A program made the translations under genes and the position numbers. From positions 416,001-480,000 of the forward strand of contig CAVWCF010000001.1 of NCBI GenBank assembly GCA_963753435.1: DNA of 64,000 nt. The letters are read 5' to 3'. This DNA is from an uncultured Actinomycetota bacterium (GTDB lineage: Bacteria > Actinomycetota > Actinomycetes > CAVWCF01). Positions 9,865 to 18,932 of this stretch are shown piece after piece (position 1 is the first letter of the stretch; every line of letters starts with the position of its first letter). The notes below the pieces were generated by a model that did no database searches, had not been told where the DNA came from, and saw nothing but the letters and a program-made list of their open reading frames with translations.

Positions 9865-10680
9865 TCACGGGTCGACGTTCGCCGCCGCCCGCGTGGCGAA
9901 CTCTCGCGAAAGCCGGGCCGTTACCGAACCGTCCCCGGGCAGCACCAACTCGTCAATGCCGGCCACCGGCTGCAGATCCCTGGTGCTGGAGGTGATGAAG
10001 ACCTCGTCTGCAGACTGCAGGTCCGCAAACGTGAGGGGCGCCTCCTCGGCTTCGGTCCATTCCAGGAGCAGACCGCGGGTGATCCCCGCCAGGCACCCGC
10101 TGTCCAAGGCCGGAGTCCGAATCGCGTCGCCGTGCACCAGAAACACATTGGAGCCCGTTCCTTCGCTGAGGCGATCCTGGGTATCCAGGAAGAGGGCCTC
10201 ATCCGCGCCGAGCGCGTGCGCGTACTCGAGCGCGACGACGTTCTCCGCGTACGAAGTGGTCTTGAGCCCGGCGACGGCGGAACGTTCGTTGCGCCGCCAG
10301 GGAACTGTGGCCAACCGCGCGGCCCCCGACCACGCCGGGCTGGGGCCGACGGAGACGATGAGCGTGGGTCCGGCGTCCCCGCGCGCCGAACCGAGCGGTC
10401 CTGGCCCACCGGTGACGGTGATCCGAAGTCGACCCGCTCCCGGCTCGGTTGCGAGCACCTCGGCCACCGCCGCGCGGATCCGGTCTTCGGCGGGGACGTT
10501 CAACCCGAGACCCGTGCAGGAGTGCCGTAGCCGGGCCAGATGCCGGGTCAGCGCGAACGCGACACCGTCGCTGACCTTGAGAGTCTCGAAGCAGCCGTCG
10601 CCGACAGTGATGCCATGGTCGTCGGCGCGGAGGGCCAAGTCGTCGGCAGCCAGCAACTGCCCGTTCACCCAGGTCTTCAT
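9865..10680 (-). CDS. Class IV aminotransferase / 4-amino-4-deoxychorismate lyase-like
   Basis: GDGCFET, LKTTSY, EGTGSNVF and LAGITR fold-type IV PLP motifs. Confidence 0.88.
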   Translation of the reverse strand: MKTWVNGQLLAADDLALRADDHGITVGDGCFETLKVSDGVAFALTRHLARLRHSCTGLGLNVPAEDRIRAAVAEVLATEPGAGRLRITVTGGPGPLGSARGDAGPTLIVSVGPSPAWSGAARLATVPWRRNERSAVAGLKTTSYAENVVALEYAHALGADEALFLDTQDRLSEGTGSNVFLVHGDAIRTPALDSGCLAGITRGLLLEWTEAEEAPLTFADLQSADEVFITSSTRDLQPVAGIDELVLPGDGSVTARLSREFATRAAANVDP

Positions 10681-10693
10681 GCCCGCCCAGCTT

Positions 10694-11701
10694 TCATCCG
10701 TGCTCCTGCGATGCCAGGCCGATCAGCCGCTCGGCCTTGAGTTGCGTTTCAGCCCACTCGGCGTGTGCGTCCGAAGCCCACGTGATGCCGGCCCCGGTGC
10801 CGAATGACAGCACGCCGTCGCTGAGAGTGAATGTGCGGATGGCCACGGCCAACTCTGCCTCCTGCCGGTCCGCATCGACCCAGCCGATCGCGCCGCAGTA
10901 CCAACCCCGCGGCACCGGCTCCAGGTCAGCGATCAACCGCAGTGCTGAGGACTTCGGGGCACCGGTGACCGAACCGGGCGGGAACGCCGCCGCCAGGAGT
11001 TGCGCCCACCCCACATCTGGTCGGAGGACCCCAGTCACGGTTGAGACCAGGTGCACCAAACCCGGGTGCTCTTCGACGTCGAGCAGGGACTCCACCTCAA
11101 CCGTCCCCGTCTCGCAGACCCGCCCGAGGTCGTTTCGGACCAGGTCCACGATCATCACGTTCTCGGCGGCGTCCTTGTCCCCCAGATCGGCGGCCACCCG
11201 CCCAGTGCCCTTGATGGGCGCCGACCACACCTGTCTGCCGCGGCGGCGCAGGAACAACTCCGGCGAAGCGGTGGCCACTTGGACTCCGGCCTCCGGGACG
11301 CACAAGTACCCCTGAAACGGCGCTGGGTGGTGGCGGGCGAGCACCGCCGCCAGACCCCGCAAGTCCGGCACGTCAACCGATGCCGAGAGAAGTCGACAGA
11401 TGTTCGCCTGGTAGACGTCGCCAACGGCAATTGCTGCTCGCGTCGACTCCACAGCTTCGACGTATGCCGACTGGTCCAGCGAACTCGACCACGAGGTCGG
11501 GTCCACGCCCGGCCAAGCCGCAGCTCCTAGTACGCCCGCTGCATCAACCTCGCTCGCCTGGAATCTGGCAGCTACGAACTGGCCCTCGAAACCGGCCGCC
11601 ACCGCCCAGAAACCACCATCGTCGAGTCGAGCCGGATCATCGGTGATCTCCAGCAACCGATCTCCCCCGCGGGCGCCGAATAGCGCGGCAGCCGCCCTCA
11701 C
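10694..11701 (-). CDS. Chorismate-binding enzyme (aminodeoxychorismate/anthranilate synthase component I-like)
   Basis: SPELFL, PIKGT, AENVMIVDLVRNDL, PGSVTGAPK; GTG at 11701 overlaps the upstream TGA. Confidence 0.88.
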   Translation of the reverse strand: MRAAAALFGARGGDRLLEITDDPARLDDGGFWAVAAGFEGQFVAARFQASEVDAAGVLGAAAWPGVDPTSWSSSLDQSAYVEAVESTRAAIAVGDVYQANICRLLSASVDVPDLRGLAAVLARHHPAPFQGYLCVPEAGVQVATASPELFLRRRGRQVWSAPIKGTGRVAADLGDKDAAENVMIVDLVRNDLGRVCETGTVEVESLLDVEEHPGLVHLVSTVTGVLRPDVGWAQLLAAAFPPGSVTGAPKSSALRLIADLEPVPRGWYCGAIGWVDADRQEAELAVAIRTFTLSDGVLSFGTGAGITWASDAHAEWAETQLKAERLIGLASQEHG

Positions 11702-12588
11702 CGGCTGTCCCGAGACTGATACCCCGCCATCGCGTGCAGCAGCCCCAAGGCGACCAGCCGAACGGTGCGCTGATCTGGGGCATCGGCCTCGGCGTCCACT
11801 TCCACGAAGTCCATCGACGAGACTGAATCGTCCATGGCCGCCTGCCGGACAGCGGCGAGGAGTTGCGCAGCGGTCCACCCGCCCGGCAGCGAAGCCGGAC
11901 AGGCCGGCGCGACCGAGCGGTCGCACACGTCAACGTCCACGTCCACGTGCACCGGACCGGAAGCACTCCCGGCTATGGACAGCGCCTCGGCCACGCACTC
12001 AGGCAGACCCCGTTCAGCGATCTCGGCAGCAGCGAACACGCGAATGCCCCAGTCATGGGCCTGGCTGGCGTACTCGTGGCTGTTGGCGAAGTCGGCGATG
12101 CCCAACTGCACGATTCGCTGCGGCTGGATGCCCCACTCGATCAACCGGCGGATCGGCGATCCGTTGCTGCGCCCGGATCTGATGTCGTGATGGGCGTCGA
12201 ACGTGACCAGCCCAGCCTTCTCGGGGCTTCGGCCCAACCGCGCCATGGCCACCGGGACCGTGGCTGAATTGTCCCCACCGATTGCCAGCAACAGGTCCGC
12301 ATCGATCGCCGCCAATTCGACCGTCACGTCCTGCTCCCGGGAGTCGGGGTCGACCACATCCCCGCAGTCGCACACCCGCAACTGCCGCAGGTCCCGGTCG
12401 CCACCCCAGCCGGTGGTAAAGCGCTGCAACGCCGCCCGAACGGCCGCGGGGGTCCGATGCGCGGACGTCGCCGATAGGGAGGTGGTGTGCGTCGGTACCC
12501 CGACGACGGCGACATCGGCCGCTTGCGCCTGCGCGTGCGCTGCCAACCAGGACCCGGCACGCGGCCAGCGCGGATCGTCAGCGGCCAT
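11698..12588 (-). CDS. Arginase/agmatinase/formimidoylglutamase family ureohydrolase
   Basis: GGDNS, DAHHD and DVDVCD metal-binding motifs; start could alternatively be GTG 12606. Confidence 0.85.
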   Translation of the reverse strand: MAADDPRWPRAGSWLAAHAQAQAADVAVVGVPTHTTSLSATSAHRTPAAVRAALQRFTTGWGGDRDLRQLRVCDCGDVVDPDSREQDVTVELAAIDADLLLAIGGDNSATVPVAMARLGRSPEKAGLVTFDAHHDIRSGRSNGSPIRRLIEWGIQPQRIVQLGIADFANSHEYASQAHDWGIRVFAAAEIAERGLPECVAEALSIAGSASGPVHVDVDVDVCDRSVAPACPASLPGGWTAAQLLAAVRQAAMDDSVSSMDFVEVDAEADAPDQRTVRLVALGLLHAMAGYQSRDSR

Positions 12589-12679
12589 GGGTGCAGCATG
12601 GCGCACCTACCGTCGCCGTTGGCCGCATTGCGGGGCCATCGGATATGGTGCGCACCGCACCGGCGCAAGCCGGGCGAGT

Positions 12680-12752
12680 GCGGACGTAGCGCAGCTGGTA
12701 GCGCATCACCTTGCCAAGGTGAGGGTCGCGGGTTCGAATCCCGTCGTCCGCT
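12680..12752 (+). tRNA. tRNA-Gly (GCC)
   Basis: GCGGACGTAGCGCAG...CACC-TTGCCAA-GGTG...GGTTCGAATCCC...GTCCGCT. Confidence 0.97.
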
Positions 12753-12779
12753 CGGAGACGTCCTTCACGGGGCGGACCC

Positions 12780-12850
12780 GGTGGAGTGGCCGAGAGGCGA
12801 GGCAACGGCCTGCAAAGCCGTGTACACGGGTTCGAATCCCGTCTCCACCT
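12780..12850 (+). tRNA. tRNA-Cys (GCA)
   Basis: GGTGGAGTGGCCGAG...CGGC-CTGCAAA-GCCG...GGTTCGAATCCC...CTCCACCT. Confidence 0.97.
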
Positions 12851-12851
12851 C

Positions 12852-12928
12852 GGGCGATTGGCGCAGGTGGCTAGCGCGCTTCCTTGACACGGAAGAGGTC
12901 ACAGGTTCAAGTCCTGTATCGCCCACCA
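12852..12928 (+). tRNA. tRNA-Val (GAC)
   Basis: GGGCGATTGGCGCAG...CTTCC-TTGACAC-GGAAG...GGTTCAAGTCC...ATCGCCCACCA. Confidence 0.97.
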
Positions 12929-12936
12929 CGTTCACG

Positions 12937-12972
12937 CAGGTAAGCGGCCTCCTCGGGCCGCTTACTTGTTTT
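12937..12972 (+). terminator. Intrinsic terminator after the tRNA cluster
   Basis: CAGGTAAGCGGCC-6 nt-GGCCGCTTACTTG followed by TTTT. Confidence 0.75.
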
Positions 12973-12993
12973 CGTGCCACTGACGTGCCACTG
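12973..12993. repeat. Tandem 10-bp direct repeat CGTGCCACTG x2 (11-bp period), integrase arm-site-like
   Basis: cgtgccactg-a-cgtgccactg read directly, 45 bp past the tRNA 3' end. Confidence 0.7.
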
Positions 12994-13031
12994 GAATTGC
13001 TCGCCGAGTCCTGCCGGGAAGCGCGCACTGA

Positions 13032-13445
13032 TCACGGCCAAACGCGGTGCAGGTGGGCGTGAACCCCAGGGTGAAAGACGGCAGCGGGCACGTCCCGAGT
13101 CTCGCTGCGCCGTATCCACTCGAAGGCGTCGTTCTCCCAGTTTGCGGGGCGCACGCGGAATGGCTCATCGACGACCGCGACGAAGGTCGTGTAGGCCAGT
13201 CGGCTGTTCGAAACAGTGAACGACGCAATCACGGACTCCTCGATCGTTTGCAGCAGTACTGGCAGTGCTACTTCCTCGCGCAGTTCCCGCAAAGCCCCCT
13301 CCAACGGGGATTCACCACGGTTGAGCATCCCGCCGGGGAACGCCAGCACCCCCGGGTAGTGGCCTATGTACACCGATCGCCAACCGAATAGCGCAGCTGG
13401 GTCGGCCTCGTCAGTAACCACCGCGATGCCGGCTGCCTGACGCAT
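13032..13445 (-). CDS. NUDIX hydrolase
   Basis: GGMLNRGESPLEGALRELREEV Nudix box; ATG 13445 after GAGGT. Confidence 0.8.
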   Translation of the reverse strand: MRQAAGIAVVTDEADPAALFGWRSVYIGHYPGVLAFPGGMLNRGESPLEGALRELREEVALPVLLQTIEESVIASFTVSNSRLAYTTFVAVVDEPFRVRPANWENDAFEWIRRSETRDVPAAVFHPGVHAHLHRVWP

Positions 13446-13504
13446 ACCTCGATCCAACCTGCCTAAGGAAATCCGGGCATCGACGAAGCGCCGGAGCGAC
13501 GTGA

Positions 13505-14218
13505 CTAGGAGCTGCCCGCCGCCAACAGCGCCGCTGTACACGTGTTCGGGTCAAGCAGTGGAAGGTCGTGGGCGCCCTCGATCACGGTGAAGGGGACGCC
13601 CGATTTCTCTAGCGCAGCCCGCGCAACCGATGCGGGGAACATCGGCGAGGTCCGCGAACAGAATAGGTACGTGCGAGGGAGGTGAGTCGCTGCCGGGTCA
13701 AGAAGTTCTAACGCGTCGTATCCGGGTCGGGCGGGGTTGGGCACCAGTCTCTCGTTCACCCACGCTGCCAATTCCGCGCGGTCAGACCATTCTTCGCCCC
13801 CAACTGGGCGCGGATCGAGCCATGCCTCCGGAGACGGCGGCGGTCCCATTACCGCACGAAGCTCAGCGGGCAACACGTCTGCCGCACTCTGCCCGTACTC
13901 GGGCACAGGGGCGTCGAGCAGAACCAGGCGGCTGATCCGGGTGGCGTCGACGCCAGCGGCTGCCAGTGCCACCACTCCGCCCTGGGAATGGCCGACGACG
14001 ACCACCTCGTGAAGGTCGCCCTCGGTTATCAGTTGTTGCACGTCGTCTGCCCAAGTGCGCAGCGAGACCGCGGGGCGGTCCTCCGGTGACATCCCGGGTT
14101 CGCAACCGGTGAGGGTCGGGGCGTAAACATCGTGACCCGCGGCTTCCAAAAGCGGCACGACGTCGCGCCAGCACCAGCCGCCACGGAAGGCGCCGTGAAT
14201 CAGAACGAACGACGCCAT
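13505..14218 (-). CDS. Alpha/beta hydrolase (methylesterase-like)
   Basis: FVLIHGAFRGGWCW, GHSQGG nucleophile elbow, C-terminal GAHD. Confidence 0.88.
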   Translation of the reverse strand: MASFVLIHGAFRGGWCWRDVVPLLEAAGHDVYAPTLTGCEPGMSPEDRPAVSLRTWADDVQQLITEGDLHEVVVVGHSQGGVVALAAAGVDATRISRLVLLDAPVPEYGQSAADVLPAELRAVMGPPPSPEAWLDPRPVGGEEWSDRAELAAWVNERLVPNPARPGYDALELLDPAATHLPRTYLFCSRTSPMFPASVARAALEKSGVPFTVIEGAHDLPLLDPNTCTAALLAAGSS

Positions 14219-14577
14219 TACCCGTCCGAACGCGACTCAGATGGCGCAGCCGGCGAACCCTGCCCGGGCGAGTCGTCGGCGAGAACTACCTCCATGTACT
14301 CGCGCGGATAGGCGGCGACCGGTCGCAGGAACTCCATCATCGCGCCGATTCCGTCCATGTATCCGTCGCGTTCAGTCATCCGCTCGTACGACTCGACGGA
14401 GTCGAAGAACCGCAGGTGGGTGAAGTGCGTCCGATCCTCCACCCCACGGATCAGCCGGCGGCCGAGGAAGCCGGGCTCGGCCAGGTGGACGTCCAGGAAT
14501 GCGCTCGCAGCGGCGATGTATGCGTCGGCACTTTCGTTCTCATCCTTGGCCCAAGCCTGGCTGACAACAACGATCAT
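14218..14577 (-). CDS. Antibiotic biosynthesis monooxygenase (ABM)-like protein
   Basis: EPGFLGRRLIRGVEDRTHF...FFDSVESY pattern; TAATG overlap with the hydrolase; TAGTGT -10 six nt before the ATG. Confidence 0.7.
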   Translation of the reverse strand: MIVVVSQAWAKDENESADAYIAAASAFLDVHLAEPGFLGRRLIRGVEDRTHFTHLRFFDSVESYERMTERDGYMDGIGAMMEFLRPVAAYPREYMEVVLADDSPGQGSPAAPSESRSDG

Positions 14578-14622
14578 GAGACGACACTAGCGAGTGGACA
14601 TGATCAAGCCGATGGATTAGTG

Positions 14623-14742
14623 GAGCAGGCCGGCTGGACTAAGCACTCCAGGACGCCCTACTACGTCGTACCGGACGAGGTGCTTGCGGACTCCGACGCA
14701 CTCAGCAAATGGGCCAAGGAGTCCGCCGCGCTGAAGTCATGA
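14623..14742 (+). pseudogene. 3' remnant of a TfoX/Sxy N-terminal-domain gene
   Basis: EQAGWTKHSRTPYYVVPDEVLADSDALSKWAKESAA resembles the TfoX_N C-terminal half; no N-terminal half present. Start approximate. Confidence 0.55.
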
Positions 14743-14814
14743 TGCTCTGCATCCAGCCTGGGGTCGAAGTGTCGGTCGGCTGAAACGCCGGACCCGTACA
14801 AACGCGGAGCGCCC

Positions 14815-15063
14815 GTGGGTGGCCGTATGTTCGGGTCGTTGTGGGGAACCGATCCCCCGCTTGGAGGAAACGTGCCCACAGTTCCGGTAATCCTTGAATC
14901 CGGCGAAGTTGGCCTCTACGACACGGCGGAGCAGACCATGAGTCACGATGCCGGACCTCTCGCTGGCGTAGAGGCACGAATGCTCGTCAAGCCCGACGGC
15001 AGCAATGAACAACTCGGCTGGTTCTACGAGAACGATCAAGGTGTGTGGACCGAGTGGGAGTGA
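14815..15063 (+). CDS. Hypothetical acidic protein, possibly a fragment
   Basis: 82-codon ORF with protein-like composition; start uncertain; no recognised motif. Confidence 0.4.
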   Translation: MGGRMFGSLWGTDPPLGGNVPTVPVILESGEVGLYDTAEQTMSHDAGPLAGVEARMLVKPDGSNEQLGWFYENDQGVWTEWE

Positions 15064-15154
15064 CCTGAGGGATCGCGCCCTCGAGCTGCCCGCTCTAGGA
15101 GCGGTCCTCCTGAGTTCCGCGAGTCGTGCGGAAGTGCCGCGCTACCGTCAAAGC

Positions 15155-15331
15155 GTGCTGAAGCAAACCGTCATCGCAATGCTGTTGACGTTGGCCGGCG
15201 TGTTCGGCTGGTTCATCGGCGGGCAGCTGACCGATGGGGCGCTTTGGGCGTCCGTGCTCGGGGCGGTCCTCCTTGTAGGCCTCCTGGGCCTGGCGTTCAG
15301 CCGCTGGAATGACCCAAGCGACTGGTGGTGA
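15155..15331 (+). CDS. Small two-helix membrane protein
   Basis: Two hydrophobic segments ending NDPSDWW; TACCGT -10 six nt before GTG 15155. Confidence 0.55.
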   Translation: MLKQTVIAMLLTLAGVFGWFIGGQLTDGALWASVLGAVLLVGLLGLAFSRWNDPSDWW

Positions 15332-15370
15332 TCAACACCGGGTACCAGGCACGACCCGGTCCGGTTGATC
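15330..15370. terminator. Possible bidirectional hairpin between convergent genes
   Basis: GATCAAC-ACCGGGT...ACCCGGT-ccg-GTTGATC inverted repeat. Confidence 0.4.
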
Positions 15371-16338
15371 AAGAGTCTGCGAACCAGCGGGTCAGACGGT
15401 CGAAACCCTCATCCAGCGAGATCGCCGGTTCCCATTGCAGCGCATCGCGAGTGTGGCGCTGGTCGAACCAATGGGCGGTTGCCAGCTGTTCGGCCAGGAA
15501 TCGGGTCATGGGCGGCTCGTCGGACCGCCCGGTGATCCGCCAGAGAGCCTCCGCCCCGGCGCCGCCCAGCCGCGCGATCGAGGCAGGCACGGCGAGGCGT
15601 GGGCCCGGCACCCCGGCAGCGGCACAGATGCGGTTGATCAGTTCCGCCACAGTCCGGGGTTCACCGTTGGAGACAACTAGTGCCTCGCCGTGCACGTCCG
15701 GGGCCCGGTCCAGCGCTGCCACGATCGCGTCGATCGCGTTGTCGATGTACGTGGTGTCGATGAGGGCAGCACCGGATCCAATTGTCGCCAGGCGCCCGCG
15801 TCGTGCGCGGTCGACGATGCGCCCCACCAGCTGCCGGTCCCCCGGGCCCCACACCAGGTGGGGGCGGACGGCGACCACCGAAAGGTCAGGTCCATCGGCG
15901 GCCAGCACCAACCTTTCCGCGATGCCCTTGCTGCGTGCGTAGTGGCTGCGGGCGCGATCGGGGTCGGCCGGCGTCGCCGGCACACCCACCAACGACCTCC
16001 CGGCGTGTGCGACCGAAGGGGATGACACTTGAACGAAACGTGACACCCGCGCCGCCTGTGCCGCGGCAAGCAGGTTGGCGGTCCCGCCGACGTTCACGGA
16101 TTCGAAGTCCGTCCAGGTCCCGGTGACACCCACTCGCGCAGCCAGGTGAATCACCGCGTCATGACCGGACATCGCCTCGTGCACCGCATCGGCGTCGCAG
16201 ATGTCGACCAGCACTTCCGGCAGCCCGAGCCCGAGACGGCCGACGTTGCAGCACCGTCACATCGTCGCCGCGCGCAGCCAGCGCGCGGGCCACGCCCGCA
16301 CCGATCAGCCCGGTGGCCCCGGTGACCAGAAGGTTCAC
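15369..16338 (-). pseudogene. oleD: OleD-like NAD-dependent epimerase/dehydratase (3-beta-HSD family) with a +1 frameshift near 16234
   Basis: GTG 16338 overlaps the oleBC stop and reads NLLVTGATGLIG (Rossmann). This frame differs by 1 nt from the main ORF carrying YARSK and RPHLVWGPGD. Confidence 0.8.
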
Positions 16339-18932
16339 CAGCGACGCGCCCCCCTGGGCGAACCACCCGCCAGGACGTCACCCGCCCAGTCGGCCAACAC
16401 AAGTCGGTCGACCTTGGAGTTGTGGCGACGATCCACCGGCAGCCGGGGCACCACCAAAACGGCCGCTGCATCGGCGGCCTTGCTGCGCACGGCCGCCGTC
16501 AACTGCGAATCGGCGACTCCGATTCTCGGTCTTGCCGCGGTTGGCACGACCACCGCGACCAGGACCTGGGTGCCCACTGGACCGACGCCGACGACCGCGG
16601 CTGCCGCAACTTCGGCCAGCTCTTCTATCCGCTGCTCCAACCGCACCGGAGTCACTGGACCGTCCGCCGTGGAAACCACGTGCGCCACCCGGCCTTCGAC
16701 CCACAAGGCCCCATCGGCACCCAGGTGCCCGACGTCCCCGGTGCGGTGCCAACCACCCGGCACGGTGGAGGACTCCTCCGTGAGCCACAGCGCGTCGTAG
16801 CGGTCTTTCGTGTGCGCCGCTCGCACGCAGATCTCCCCCGACACCTCCGGTTCATCGGTCAACTCCCCCGACGGGGAACCGAACTCATCCAGCGCAGCCA
16901 GGGCCACCTCGACCCCCGGTACGGGCCGGCCCACATAGACCCCGTTGCCCGTACCGGCAGCCTGGATCTGGGCCAGCTCGGCAGTCGCCACCGGCAGCAC
17001 CTCGGTCATGCCGTACGGGGTGTGCGCCTGCGCCGCCGGCATCAGGCGCGAGCACTCCGACAGGGTCCGAACCGGCACCGGCGCCCCGAACGACATCAGC
17101 AGGCGCACCCGGTCCAGCGCCTGCTGCTGCTCGGGCTGGAGTCCCTTCGCCGTGGCTGCAACGTTCTGCAAAGCGGCCGGGGAGGCAAAGACCATGGTCG
17201 CGTCCACCGCCAGCGCGGCGTCGGCCAAGGCGGAAGCGCTCAAGCGACCGGGTCGGATCGGGCTGACGTCCGGTATCGCCGAAGCAACACCAAGGGCCGG
17301 TCCGTACATCGCGAATGGGCCGAAGCCGGCCACCATCCGGTCGGCCCGGGTGATGTCGAAAGTGCTGATCAGCGCGTCCCGCTGCGCCTGCAGTTGCTGG
17401 TGCCGGTACACCACACCCTTGGCGGGCCCCGTCGCACCGGAGGTGAAGACCACGATCGCGTCGTCAGTGTCCCGCGGCCCCAGCGGCGTCGGCAGACCGC
17501 GGCCGGTCTGGGCCACCTCGTCCAGCGAAGTGGGGCTTCCCAACAGGGACCGGGTTGCGGCGTTGACCGGCCCGACCAGGATCCGGCGGCCCGGCCAGCG
17601 CAGCGTGGCCGCCGCCACCAGTGCCCGAGGTATTCCGATCAGCACCGAAGGGTCGGCCGACTTGAGGGCGCGGCCGATCCCGGCTGGGCCCAGACCGGCA
17701 TCGACGGCCACCACGACCGCGCCCAGTCGCCAGCAGCCGTACACGGCGGCCGCCAGGTCCACCCCGGGTGGGATGAGCAGCCCGACTCGGTCCCCGGGCC
17801 GGACCCCGACCGAGGCCAGACCGGCCGCGATGTCACGCGCCCGTGCCGCCAGGGCGGCGAAAGACGCCGACCGACCGGACGCTTGGTCGACGATGGCGAC
17901 TGCCGGATCGTCGCCACGTTCGTCCAGCGCGCCCCACAGCGGTCTCCGGGGCACATCGTCTGCTCGGGGCGCCGCATCGTCCGGGACCGCCGACGGCATC
18001 GAATCGCCCGCTTGCGGGCTCAGGAGGCGCGTAGACCAATTGAGGATCGCGGCGGTAGCGGCGGGTTCTTCCGGGACCAGGTGGCTGGCCCCCTCCACCC
18101 GGTGCACTGCTGCGTGCGGCAACCGGTCCATGAGATCGCGCAGGTACCGCTCCGAGAAGACCGGGTCTTTGGGGCCCCACACCAGGAGCGCAGGCACGTC
18201 GAGCTTGCGAAGTCGCTCAGCGATGTCGTCCAAGGATGACGCGCTTGGATGCGTCGGTTCGAGCGGGATGTCCGCCACGAATTCGCCCACCGCTTTGCGG
18301 CGCTGTTTCGTTTCATACGGGGCGAGGTAGGCATCCTTGACTGCTGGGTTCAGTGGCTTGCTAGTCATTGCGGTGGCCCCGCGGATGAAGTTGGCGGTGC
18401 GAACGCAGACCCAATCGCGGATGCCAGCAGTCCTGGCCAGGCGGATGAGCGACGGCGCGGCAGCGCCTTCGGGCTGGTGCACAGCCGTGTTGGTCAGAAC
18501 GACGCCAACCAGATCGGCTTGGTGATCCAGCGCCCAGCCCAGCGACACCGGACCACCCCAGTCGTGGGCGACGGTGACGACCGGCCCCGATAGTTCCAGC
18601 GCCTCTGTCAGCGTCGACAGGTCGGCCACCCGCTGGGCCAAGCGACGTACGGTGCCGGTGCGCTCGGAGAATCCCATGTCCAACTGGTCGACGGCGATGA
18701 CCCGAATCGTCGGCGGCGCGGCCGCCAGCAGGGACCGCCACAGGTAGGACCAGGTCGGATTCCCGTGCACGCAGAGCAATGTCAGTTCGGCATCGGCCAC
18801 GCCGGTGTCCAGAACATGCCAGGTCCGCCGAACACCGTCGGAATCGGTTACAGGCACCAACCGCGACCAGCGTGGATCCAGCCCCGGCAACCCGGGCGGC
18901 GGAAGCGCCGCGGGCTGCGTTTGGGCAGTCAC
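16335..18932 (-). CDS. oleBC: OleB-OleC fusion (alpha/beta hydrolase plus AMP-dependent beta-lactone synthetase)
   Basis: HGNPTWS and HDWGG (OleB); FTSGATGPAKG, YGMTE and RTGD (adenylation); GTG 18932 overlaps the oleA stop. Confidence 0.85.
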   Translation of the reverse strand: MTAQTQPAALPPPGLPGLDPRWSRLVPVTDSDGVRRTWHVLDTGVADAELTLLCVHGNPTWSYLWRSLLAAAPPTIRVIAVDQLDMGFSERTGTVRRLAQRVADLSTLTEALELSGPVVTVAHDWGGPVSLGWALDHQADLVGVVLTNTAVHQPEGAAAPSLIRLARTAGIRDWVCVRTANFIRGATAMTSKPLNPAVKDAYLAPYETKQRRKAVGEFVADIPLEPTHPSASSLDDIAERLRKLDVPALLVWGPKDPVFSERYLRDLMDRLPHAAVHRVEGASHLVPEEPAATAAILNWSTRLLSPQAGDSMPSAVPDDAAPRADDVPRRPLWGALDERGDDPAVAIVDQASGRSASFAALAARARDIAAGLASVGVRPGDRVGLLIPPGVDLAAAVYGCWRLGAVVVAVDAGLGPAGIGRALKSADPSVLIGIPRALVAAATLRWPGRRILVGPVNAATRSLLGSPTSLDEVAQTGRGLPTPLGPRDTDDAIVVFTSGATGPAKGVVYRHQQLQAQRDALISTFDITRADRMVAGFGPFAMYGPALGVASAIPDVSPIRPGRLSASALADAALAVDATMVFASPAALQNVAATAKGLQPEQQQALDRVRLLMSFGAPVPVRTLSECSRLMPAAQAHTPYGMTEVLPVATAELAQIQAAGTGNGVYVGRPVPGVEVALAALDEFGSPSGELTDEPEVSGEICVRAAHTKDRYDALWLTEESSTVPGGWHRTGDVGHLGADGALWVEGRVAHVVSTADGPVTPVRLEQRIEELAEVAAAAVVGVGPVGTQVLVAVVVPTAARPRIGVADSQLTAAVRSKAADAAAVLVVPRLPVDRRHNSKVDRLVLADWAGDVLAGGSPRGARRW

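Noticed and set aside
8180-12928. Two similar tRNA-Val sequences as attL/attR of an island
   Set aside because: Both are complete tRNAs with different anticodons in opposite orientation, and the enclosed genes are conserved core neighbours.
14416-15063. Stop-codon readthrough (TGA 14740) joining the TfoX fragment to the next in-frame ORF
   Set aside because: TfoX_N proteins normally end at this point, the linker is not protein-like, and no SECIS-like hairpin was evident.
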